DNA from: Dehalococcoidia bacterium
GTDB lineage: Bacteria; Chloroflexota; Dehalococcoidia; Lucifugimonadales; UBA3495
Direction: 5' to 3'
Assembly: GCA_965249145.1 (NCBI GenBank)
Contig: OZ252223.1
Location: forward strand, 2,207,223-2,271,222
DNA: 64,000 nucleotides
The notes under the pieces were generated by a model. The model was not told the origin of the DNA. It did no database searches and saw only the letters and a program-made list of their open reading frames with translations. Shown here piece after piece: positions 26,191 through 34,107 of this stretch. Within the stretch, counting starts at the first letter, position 1. Each line of letters opens with the position of its first letter. The translations under genes were made by a program, and so were the position numbers.

Positions 26191-28596
26191 CTAACTCCGC
26201 AGAGTGGCTTGGGCCTCCCGTTCCAGGGTGCGCAGCAGGCCGTCCAGCGAACGGTCCACTTCTTCGTTGGTGAGGGTGCGGTCGGCAGCCCGGAAGTAAA
26301 CATGAAAAGCCAGCGACTTCCGGCCTTGGCCGATGCTCTCTCCTGAGTAGGTATCGAACAACTCGGCACGTTCCACCAGCCGATGCCGCAGGATGAGCTC
26401 GTTGATACGGCCGGCCGGAACGTCCGATGGTACGACCAGCGCGATGTCGCGCGTGGCAGCGGGGAAACGCGACAGGGGCACGAAGCGCCGTTCCTCCGTT
26501 GGCAAGGCATCCAGCAGGGGCGCAAGGTAGAGTTCGAATCCCACGGAGAGGGTGTCTCCCAACCCGACTCGCTCTCGTATCATCGGATGGATCTCGCCTA
26601 CGTATCCGAGGGCTGTATCCCCCGACTTAACGACGGCGCACCGGCCCGGGTGGTAGGTGGGATGGGAACCTGGCTCGTAGGACGCTGGGACTTCCAGACG
26701 TTCCAGCAACCACTCGACCAGCCCCTTGGCGTCGAAGAAGTCCATCGGCCCTTGCTGGCCCAGCCAGGACGCGCCACTACGCTCCCCGGACATTGCGCCG
26801 GCCACTGTCTCCAGTTCCTCGGGCAGGTCGTTGGGGCGGGGTCGGAAGACCCGTGCGGCTTCGAACAAGCGTACCGGCCCGTCGTCGTATCCTTGGTTTG
26901 CGGCCAGCGTGGCCAGCAGGCCGGCCTGCAGCGTAGGCCGCAGATACTCGTGACTGCCGCTCATCGGGTTGGCGATGCGCAACGGCGGAGATTCGGGGTC
27001 CAACTGCTCCACCCGCTCCAAGTCGGCCAGGGTGGTCAGCGGATAGTTGATCACTTCCTGCATGCCGCCCGCGGTCAGCAGGTCCTTTAGGGCGTCCCGC
27101 AGGGCCAGCGTCCTGGCGGTGGTCTGGAAGGGGATTGGGGTGGCCAGCATGGCGGTAGGGACTTGGTCATAGCCGGTTATGCGGACGACTTCCTCGACCA
27201 AGTCCTCCTCGATGACCACGTCGTTACGCCAGTAGGGGATGGCGACGCTGAGCGAATCGTCGCCCACGGACTCGTAGGTGAAACACAAGGAGTCGAGTAC
27301 GCTCTTGACGCCCTCCATGCCCATGTCCATGCCCAGCACCTGCCGCAGGCGGCGGGTGGTCAGCGGCACGGTGAGCGGCGACTCCGGCGGGTTGGGATAC
27401 ACGTCGATAATTCCCGGGGCGACGGTCCCGCCAGCCACCTCTTGGATCAACGCGGTGGCGCGGCGGAGCGCAATGGGAGCCAACTCCGGCCGCAATTGCT
27501 TCTCAAAGCGTAGCGTAGCCTCGGTCCGCAGCCCCAGCGACTGGGCGGTTTCCCGGTTGTTGAGGGCCTCGAATGTGGCGCTCTCCAGCAGCACCGTGGA
27601 AGTGCCAGGGCCGATTTCGCTGTTGGCCCCGCCGATCACTCCGCCGAGGCCGATGGGGCGGTGGGCGTCGGCGATAACCAGGGTTTCCGGGCCCAGGGTG
27701 CGGGCCTCACCATCAAGCGTGGTCAGCGGTTCGCTAGGACGGGCCCGGCGCACGATGACCGTGGCCTCGCCCACCCGGTCGAAGTCGAAGGCGTGCAGCG
27801 GCTGGTTGTATTCCAACATCACGAAGTTGGTGGCGTCCACCACGTTGCTGATGGGCCGCAACCCGGCTCGGAGCAGACGGTCCTGCAGCCACTGGGGCGA
27901 GTCTCCGATGGTGACGCCCTCGATGAGGCTGGCGGTGTAGCGCCAGCACAGGTCCGGGTCGGCTATGGATATGGTCACCCGCTCGGCTATGGGCGCGCCG
28001 CTCTCGGCGAGGGCGAATTCCGGCTCCCGGACGGTAGCGCCAGTCAGGGCGGCGATTTCGTGGGCCACGCCCAGCATGGAAAGGCAGTCCAGCCGGTTGG
28101 GGGTTAGTTCTAGGTCCAAGATTGTATCACCCATGAATTCGTTCAGAGGCATGCCAACCGGCGCGTCTTCGGCCAATACGATTATCCCGGTGTGGTCGTC
28201 GCCCAAGCCCAGCTCCAACTCCGAGCAGATCATCCCCTGGGACTCCACTCCCCGGATGCGGGCGGCGGCCAGGGTCTCGTGCTTGCCGGCGTGGGCGTTG
28301 TAGAGTTGGGCCCCGACCCGGGCGAAGCAGATGTTCTGGCCTTCGGCCACGTTGGGCGCGCCGCAGACCACTTCCATCTCCTCTTCGCCGCCGGTCGTCA
28401 CGGTGCAAAGGCTCAGGCGGTCGGCGTTGGGATGCTGTCGTACGCCGGTGACGCGGCCTACGAATACTTCGCTCCAGCCGCCGATCTCGTCGACCTCACC
28501 GACTTCGACGCCTGCCATGGTCAGCCGGTGGGCCAATTCCCGGGGCGGGAGATCAACATCAACGTATTGCCGGAGCCAGCTAAGGGGGACCTTCAT
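26191..28596 (-). CDS. pheT: Phenylalanine-tRNA ligase beta subunit
   Basis: HPNADRL, VCGAPN, SQGMICS, LTPNRLDCLS, QPLHAFD, KSLAF. Confidence 0.98.
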   Translation of the reverse strand: MKVPLSWLRQYVDVDLPPRELAHRLTMAGVEVGEVDEIGGWSEVFVGRVTGVRQHPNADRLSLCTVTTGGEEEMEVVCGAPNVAEGQNICFARVGAQLYNAHAGKHETLAAARIRGVESQGMICSELELGLGDDHTGIIVLAEDAPVGMPLNEFMGDTILDLELTPNRLDCLSMLGVAHEIAALTGATVREPEFALAESGAPIAERVTISIADPDLCWRYTASLIEGVTIGDSPQWLQDRLLRAGLRPISNVVDATNFVMLEYNQPLHAFDFDRVGEATVIVRRARPSEPLTTLDGEARTLGPETLVIADAHRPIGLGGVIGGANSEIGPGTSTVLLESATFEALNNRETAQSLGLRTEATLRFEKQLRPELAPIALRRATALIQEVAGGTVAPGIIDVYPNPPESPLTVPLTTRRLRQVLGMDMGMEGVKSVLDSLCFTYESVGDDSLSVAIPYWRNDVVIEEDLVEEVVRITGYDQVPTAMLATPIPFQTTARTLALRDALKDLLTAGGMQEVINYPLTTLADLERVEQLDPESPPLRIANPMSGSHEYLRPTLQAGLLATLAANQGYDDGPVRLFEAARVFRPRPNDLPEELETVAGAMSGERSGASWLGQQGPMDFFDAKGLVEWLLERLEVPASYEPGSHPTYHPGRCAVVKSGDTALGYVGEIHPMIRERVGLGDTLSVGFELYLAPLLDALPTEERRFVPLSRFPAATRDIALVVPSDVPAGRINELILRHRLVERAELFDTYSGESIGQGRKSLAFHVYFRAADRTLTNEEVDRSLDGLLRTLEREAQATLRS

Positions 28597-28631
28597 CCCT
28601 CATCCTGGCCCTCTCCCTGGGAGAGGGCGGG
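28597..28631. repeat. CCCTCA..CCCTCTCCC..GGGAGAGGG REP-like element (family D) in the pheS-pheT spacer
   Basis: CCCTCATCCTGGCCCTCTCCCTGGGAGAGGG hairpin abutting the pheT ATG. Confidence 0.7.
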
Positions 28632-28640
28632 TAATTTTGG

Positions 28641-29699
28641 TTATAGTTGCCGGAGGAAGCGCAGGTCGTTGGCGTAGAAGTGGCGGATGTCGTCGATGCC
28701 GTACTTCAACATGGCGATGCGCTCCGGGCCCAGACCAAAGGCGAACCCGGTGTACTTGTCGGGGTCGTAGCCCACGCCGGCCAGCACCTTGGGATGCACC
28801 ATCCCGGCGCCCATGATCTCGATCCAACCGCTGTCCCGGCAGACTCGGCATCCCTCGCCATTGCCGTCGCAGGCGAAGCAATCGATAGACATGTCCACGC
28901 CCGGCTCGACGAATGGGAAGTAATCGCAGCGGAAGCGCACTCGCCGCTCCTCGCCGAACAGCCGCCGGGCGAATTCATAGAGCGTACCCTTGAGGTTGGC
29001 GAACGTTATCCCCTCATCAACGGCCAGTCCCTCGATCTGGTAGAAGTGCCACTCGTGGGTGGCGTCGGTGGCCTCGTAACGGTAGCACTTGCCCGGGACA
29101 ATCACCCGTATCGGCGGTTCGCGGCCCTCCATCACCCGCGCCTGCATTGGCGAGGTGTGGGTCCGCAGCAGCATCGGGTACTCGCCGGCCTCGTTCTGGT
29201 AATCGACCCAAAGGGTGTTCCACATATCGCGGGCCGGGTGCCCCTTGGGGATGTTCAGCATCTCGAAGTTGTAGTGGTCCCACTCGACCTCGGGGCCCTC
29301 GACGATGGCGAACCCCATGGCCACGAAGGCGTCGCAGATCTGCCGGACGATTCGCGTGGTCGGGTGCAATCGGCCCTCGGCCGGGGCGCGGCCGGGGAGA
29401 GTGACGTCCAGCCGGTCCTCGGTGGAGGCCCGGAGCAGCGCGGCCTCGTTGATCCCTCGGACCCGCTCCTCCAGCCGCGATTCCAGCACCTGCTTGGCCT
29501 GGTTGGCCAGTGCGCCGACGGTGCGCCGCTGCTCGATGTCCAACTCCGACAGGCCGCGCAGCACCAAGGTCAAGCTGCCCCGTCGCCCCAGGTACGCGAC
29601 GCGCCACTGCTCGACGGACTCCAGAGTCTCAAGTGCGTCCAATTCCGCAGCGGCAGTGTTGGCCAATTGATCGATAGATTGGGCCGTGGGCTGGGTCAA
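28641..29699 (-). CDS. pheS: Phenylalanine-tRNA ligase alpha subunit
   Basis: HPARDM, LRTHTSPMQ, FPFVEP, GAGMVHP, GFAFGLGPERIAML. Confidence 0.98.
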   Translation of the reverse strand: MTQPTAQSIDQLANTAAAELDALETLESVEQWRVAYLGRRGSLTLVLRGLSELDIEQRRTVGALANQAKQVLESRLEERVRGINEAALLRASTEDRLDVTLPGRAPAEGRLHPTTRIVRQICDAFVAMGFAIVEGPEVEWDHYNFEMLNIPKGHPARDMWNTLWVDYQNEAGEYPMLLRTHTSPMQARVMEGREPPIRVIVPGKCYRYEATDATHEWHFYQIEGLAVDEGITFANLKGTLYEFARRLFGEERRVRFRCDYFPFVEPGVDMSIDCFACDGNGEGCRVCRDSGWIEIMGAGMVHPKVLAGVGYDPDKYTGFAFGLGPERIAMLKYGIDDIRHFYANDLRFLRQL

Positions 29700-29844
29700 G
29701 CTCGGGTATACCTCAAGTTGAGAATTGGTGGCCGGATGTCAGAGGCCGATGGGCAAGTCCGGGCGCGCGTCGAAATGCGTCACGAAGCGCGCGAAAGCTG
29801 TCTAAGGATTATAGGAAGCGCCCACAGCCGGGTCAAGGACGCGG

Positions 29845-30765
29845 TCACCCGGTGGCGTCCTCCGCACTGCCGTATGGCGCATTGATCGTATCGTCGTATA
29901 CGGCATCGTCCAGTCTCGCGGGCAGGGCTTCAAGCTCCGGGCGGGCCAACAGCGCCTCGATGCACTCCTCGCTTCCGCCTACGTAGCTATGGGGCAGATC
30001 GACGTCGGTGGCGACGCACCAAGCCCGGTCGTCGGGCCACCAAATGCTGGGCGAGACGTAATGCCTGAACCCTGGGTCTCCTTCCAGAAACTTCATGACC
30101 GATTCGAGGGGACCGCGAAAGAGCAGGTGATCGCGGTGGGGCGCCTTCACCCTGGCCGGGCGGTAGAGGCGCGGGTTAATGTAGCCGTTGCCTTCCCACA
30201 CGCCGAACCAGCACCTGTCGGGCGTGTCGGTGTAGCCCCGAAAAAGGTCGATCAGCATCCGGCACTCGGGTATAGGGATTGAGCCGCCGCTGGGGTGTTC
30301 CCCCCAAGGCGGGTCTGGCTCCGCCACGTCCTCGCTGAGGTTGGCGATCCGGGCGAAACTCATCAGCGGGTGCGCCGTCCGCCCGGTCCACGACGCCACT
30401 TTTGACCACCGGATGGGCTGCATTTCCTCCCCCACGTAGGCCGGATGGAAGAGGCGGGCATAGGCGGGGAATCCCTCGGGCATCATGCCACGCACGGTCC
30501 AGAAATTCCGCAGGCTGTTCTGTACCCACTGAGCCGGGGAGACGTCGGGGACGTATTCGACACCCTCCGGGGCCTGTTTCAAACTGGATGACCTTTCCGA
30601 CAAAATGCCGCTGGCCGACTGCTTCTGCAACTGCTGAAGTCTGGCCTCGATCGATTGGGCCATCCCCTCGGTCAAGTCGCCGCTGGCGAGCTGCTCCAAG
30701 AGCTGCTGCCGGATCTGCTCGATAGAGGCCCAAGTCCCGCGATGCAGGTGCTCGTCTTCGTCCAT
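29845..30765 (-). CDS. Conserved hypothetical protein (Trp/Pro-rich)
   Basis: YARLFHPA, CWFGVWEG, SPSIWWPDDRAWCVATD, SYVGG; TATAAT 6 nt before ATG 30765. Confidence 0.75.
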   Translation of the reverse strand: MDEDEHLHRGTWASIEQIRQQLLEQLASGDLTEGMAQSIEARLQQLQKQSASGILSERSSSLKQAPEGVEYVPDVSPAQWVQNSLRNFWTVRGMMPEGFPAYARLFHPAYVGEEMQPIRWSKVASWTGRTAHPLMSFARIANLSEDVAEPDPPWGEHPSGGSIPIPECRMLIDLFRGYTDTPDRCWFGVWEGNGYINPRLYRPARVKAPHRDHLLFRGPLESVMKFLEGDPGFRHYVSPSIWWPDDRAWCVATDVDLPHSYVGGSEECIEALLARPELEALPARLDDAVYDDTINAPYGSAEDATG

Positions 30766-30930
30766 GCGTCGATTATAGCCCCACCCAGCCCGCTCGTGAC
30801 CCGCCTCGACCACCGAGGGAACCGTAGGTGGCTGCCCGCAACCTGGGCCTTGGCGAAAGTCGCGTTGACGTTTTGTGTGCTTTTGGCGGAGCAGGCCCAG
30901 CCGATGCCGCGTAGCCGGTCGTCAAGGTTG

Positions 30931-33273
30931 CTACTTCCGCAGCAGCGCCCGGAGGTTGTTGGGGCTCAGAGGCAGGGAGTGAATTTGGACTCCGAGGGCT
31001 TGGGAAACGGCATTGGCTAGGGCCGCGCCGGTGGCCACGATTCCGATTTCGCCGGCGCCCTTTACGCCCAGGGGGTTCAGGGGCGACGGCGCCAAATCCA
31101 TCACGGTGGTCTCGAAGGTGGGGATGTCCGTGCTCGTGGGGAGCAGATAGTCCATGAAGGTGCCGGAGAGCGGTTGCCCATGCTCGTCGTAGACCAACTC
31201 TTCGAGGATGGTAGCGCCCACGCCCTGGGCGGCCGCGCCCACCACTTGGCCCTTCAATAGCAACGGATTGATTACGTGGCCGACGTCCTCGGCGATCACG
31301 TAGCGGACGATTTCGATCTCGCCAGTCTCCGGGTCCACCGCGACGTGGACGACATGCGAGCCGCAAGGATATAGCTCTTGGGGGGACTCGAAGTAATGCG
31401 AGGCTTCCAGTCCCACCTCGCCCAGGTTGTACCGGCTGGCGGGCCCGGCGAGGCGCACGACCTCCTCGAGCCCAAGAGCTGGCTCGGCTGGATTGCTCCT
31501 GCGGTAGATCTGCCCTCGGCTGAAATCCAGCTCCGAGGGGTCGACGTCCAGGTATCCGGCGGCGACGGCCAACACCCGCTGGCGGAGCTTTTGGGCCGCA
31601 CCGTAGACGGCGTTGCCAGCCAATGTGGTGCCTCGGCTAGCGTAGGTGCCGCCGCCGAAGGGGGTGTAGTCGGTGTTGCCGTGGTAGACCGACACGTATT
31701 CCAGCGGAACGCCAAGGCCGTCGGCGCAAATCTGGGCGAAGATGGTCTCATGCCCTTGGCCCATAGTTGCGATCCCGATGTAGACCGCGACCGCGCCGGG
31801 CCCGGGCCCGGCGCCCGCTCCGGCTTCAGAGCCAGATATGACGATCCGGGCGCCCTCCCCCGGGTCGCCGGTCCCGGTGCTCTTGACGAAGCAGGCCGAG
31901 CCGATGCCGTGGAGCTTGCCGTCGATCAGCTTCCCCTTCACGTCCTTTAGCGACTCGTAGTCGATGTCCTCCAACGCCTGCCGCAGCAGGGCCGGGTAAT
32001 CACCGCTGTCGTAGGTGATGGTGTAGGACTCGGGGCGGGTGCGGCCGAGCTCGTAGGGCATCATCTCCGGCGGAATCAGGTTCTTCAGCCGGAACTCGGT
32101 AGGGTCGATGCCAAGGTCGGCGGCCACGATGTCAAACATGCGCTCGCGAAAGAAGCAGGACTCGTACCGGCCCGGCGCGCTGAAGGTGCCCATGCCGACT
32201 TTGTTGGTGAGCACACACTTCACATCCCACTGGTAGTTGGGGATGTAGTAGGGGCCGGTGAGCAGCGCGGTGGTCGAGGTGGGTACCGATGCGCCGTGGG
32301 TGCGAACGTAGCCGCCCAGAGCACCGAGGACTTGCGCCCGCATGCCCAGAATGGTCCCGTCATTCTTGGCGGCGACCTCGATTTCGCAGACGTGCTCGCG
32401 CGAGTGGTTGGAGGCGATCAGATGCTCGGCCCGGTCTTCGGTCCACTTCACCGGCCGGCCGGTCTTGATCGCGGCCATCGGCACCAGGAAGTTCTCCGGG
32501 TAGAACTCGCCGCGGACCCCGAACCCGCCACCGACATCGGGTTCGACAAAGTGGATGCGGTGTTCCGGCATCTGGAGCAGGGACGATAGCACGCGGCGGT
32601 TGTGGTGGGGGATCTTGGTCTCGCCCCAGACGGTGAGCTGCTCCCGGCCGGAGTCCCAAGAGGCCACCAGCCCTCGAGTCTCCATGGGGTTGGCGGTGTG
32701 GCGGTGGCAGCGGAACTCCTCCTTGCGGACGTAGTCGGCCTCGCGGAAGGCCGCGTCGGGGTCACCGATGGAGGAGGCGAACTCGAAGGCCACGTTGGTG
32801 CCGTGTTCCTCGAAGAGCAGGGTCTCGTTCTTCACCGACTCCCGAACGTCGACCAAGGCGGGGAGGGGCTGGTAATCCACGACGACCGCGTCTAGCGCAT
32901 CCTCGGCCAGATAGCGGCTCTCGGCCAGCACCACGGCCACCGGGTCGCCGACGTAGCGCACCTTGCCGTGGGCCAGGGGGTATTGCAGATAGTTCAGCAG
33001 AGAACTATAAGCGCGTAGCCGCACCGGGATGGGGCGGGGCTCGACCAAGGCGGCAATGTCCTCAAAGGTGAAGACAGCCGCCACCCTCGGCATCTCAAGG
33101 GCGGCGCTGGTGTCAATCGAGAGGATGCGGGCATGGGCGTGGGGGCTGCGGACAATGGCGGCGTGCAGCATGTCGGGCAGCTTCACGTCGTCCACAAACT
33201 GCCCTCTGCCAGTAAGGAAGCGACGGTCCTCCTTGCGCCGGATTGAAGCGCCGATGTAGGTCTCGGTGGTCAT
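30931..33273 (-). CDS. Xanthine dehydrogenase/CoxL-family molybdopterin-binding subunit (copy 2)
   Basis: RKEDRRFLTGRG, RSPHAHA, VGGGFG, GQGHET, GVKGAGE. Confidence 0.93.
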   Translation of the reverse strand: MTTETYIGASIRRKEDRRFLTGRGQFVDDVKLPDMLHAAIVRSPHAHARILSIDTSAALEMPRVAAVFTFEDIAALVEPRPIPVRLRAYSSLLNYLQYPLAHGKVRYVGDPVAVVLAESRYLAEDALDAVVVDYQPLPALVDVRESVKNETLLFEEHGTNVAFEFASSIGDPDAAFREADYVRKEEFRCHRHTANPMETRGLVASWDSGREQLTVWGETKIPHHNRRVLSSLLQMPEHRIHFVEPDVGGGFGVRGEFYPENFLVPMAAIKTGRPVKWTEDRAEHLIASNHSREHVCEIEVAAKNDGTILGMRAQVLGALGGYVRTHGASVPTSTTALLTGPYYIPNYQWDVKCVLTNKVGMGTFSAPGRYESCFFRERMFDIVAADLGIDPTEFRLKNLIPPEMMPYELGRTRPESYTITYDSGDYPALLRQALEDIDYESLKDVKGKLIDGKLHGIGSACFVKSTGTGDPGEGARIVISGSEAGAGAGPGPGAVAVYIGIATMGQGHETIFAQICADGLGVPLEYVSVYHGNTDYTPFGGGTYASRGTTLAGNAVYGAAQKLRQRVLAVAAGYLDVDPSELDFSRGQIYRRSNPAEPALGLEEVVRLAGPASRYNLGEVGLEASHYFESPQELYPCGSHVVHVAVDPETGEIEIVRYVIAEDVGHVINPLLLKGQVVGAAAQGVGATILEELVYDEHGQPLSGTFMDYLLPTSTDIPTFETTVMDLAPSPLNPLGVKGAGEIGIVATGAALANAVSQALGVQIHSLPLSPNNLRALLRK

Positions 33274-33740
33274 GTTGCACCCCCTGACGGGATTCTGACC
33301 GCGTCTTCGACCACCAAGGAGCAGCCGACAGCGTGGAGGGCGCTTTCGATCTGGGTCAGGTGAGACCGATAGCCGGGATCGAGCAACTTGCGGACCGCCC
33401 CTATATCGAGGTGCAGGAGGAGTGCCAAGTCTTCGGCAGTGAGGCCCTGCTTGCGCATGGCGGTATAGAGTGCGAGCTTGGCCGCGACAATGGGCGGAAC
33501 CGCGACCAACACCTGCCCATCAGCAAGTGGGCTCGGCTGCGGGATGTCTTCGCGGTCATTCACAAACGAACCGAGGGCGAGGCCGAGGCAGTCCTCGGCC
33601 ATCTCGATGGCTTCCTCCCAAGACCACCCGCAGGTGTTCGCTCCATACACGTCCGGGAAGCTCACGTTGAAGGCCTCCCTTCCTGTCTTCAGCAGCTCTT
33701 CATGATCGCGAACGATATCGCACGGGAAGGCGTATCGCAT
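33270..33740 (-). CDS. hicB: HicB-family antitoxin
   Basis: VSFPDV.GANTCG..EEAIEMAEDCL, AAKLALYTAM, C-terminal HTH. Confidence 0.9.
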   Translation of the reverse strand: MRYAFPCDIVRDHEELLKTGREAFNVSFPDVYGANTCGWSWEEAIEMAEDCLGLALGSFVNDREDIPQPSPLADGQVLVAVPPIVAAKLALYTAMRKQGLTAEDLALLLHLDIGAVRKLLDPGYRSHLTQIESALHAVGCSLVVEDAVRIPSGGAT

Positions 33741-33743
33741 GAA

Positions 33744-33950
33744 TCAGAACTCCTGTCGATCGATGTTCAAGTCCCGGAGCATTGAAGAGAGAGTGCCAGC
33801 CGCGATCTCGCCGTGTTGGACAGTTGTTCGGTGTCCCCCGATTCGGACTTCCGAATGGCTGCCCTTGCCACGCCTGGGGTCATAGTAGAATTCCAGCCCG
33901 CGAGCTCGAGCATATCGCCTTGCCCGTCTGACGAATTCTCTCCCATTCAC
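33744..33950 (-). CDS. hicA: HicA-family mRNA interferase toxin
   Basis: 68 aa, GKGSH motif, GEIAAGTLSSMLRDL; directly upstream of hicB. Confidence 0.9.
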   Translation of the reverse strand: MNGREFVRRARRYARARGLEFYYDPRRGKGSHSEVRIGGHRTTVQHGEIAAGTLSSMLRDLNIDRQEF

Positions 33951-34006
33951 GAGTCTACCATAGGGCTTATTGAAGGGCCGGGCGCCGTCGGGTGTGCAAA
34001 TATCTA

Positions 34007-34044
34007 TTCTTGGAAATCGTCGAATCCGGCGAGTCCTGATTCAA
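34007..34044 (-). repeat. Family A repeat, half copy upstream of hicAB
   Basis: Minus strand TTGAATCAGGACTCGCCGGATTCGACGATTTCCAAGA resembles the left arm at 12558. Confidence 0.55.
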
Positions 34045-34107
34045 TCCCCAGCGGCCACGACTGCCCGGCATTTACAGGTAGTAGTTTCATTGGTCTGGAC
34101 GTCACCG

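Noticed and set aside
29700-29860. T-box riboswitch upstream of pheS
   Set aside because: GGGTGACCGCG near 29845 only partly resembles the T-box, overlaps the upstream stop codon, lies upstream of the likely -10 box, and has no stem I or terminator.
33990-34091. 28-aa minus-strand ORF MKLLPVNAG..., possibly a MOSC-like gene remnant
   Set aside because: Resemblance limited to about 9 residues and the rest is repeat sequence; not supportable.
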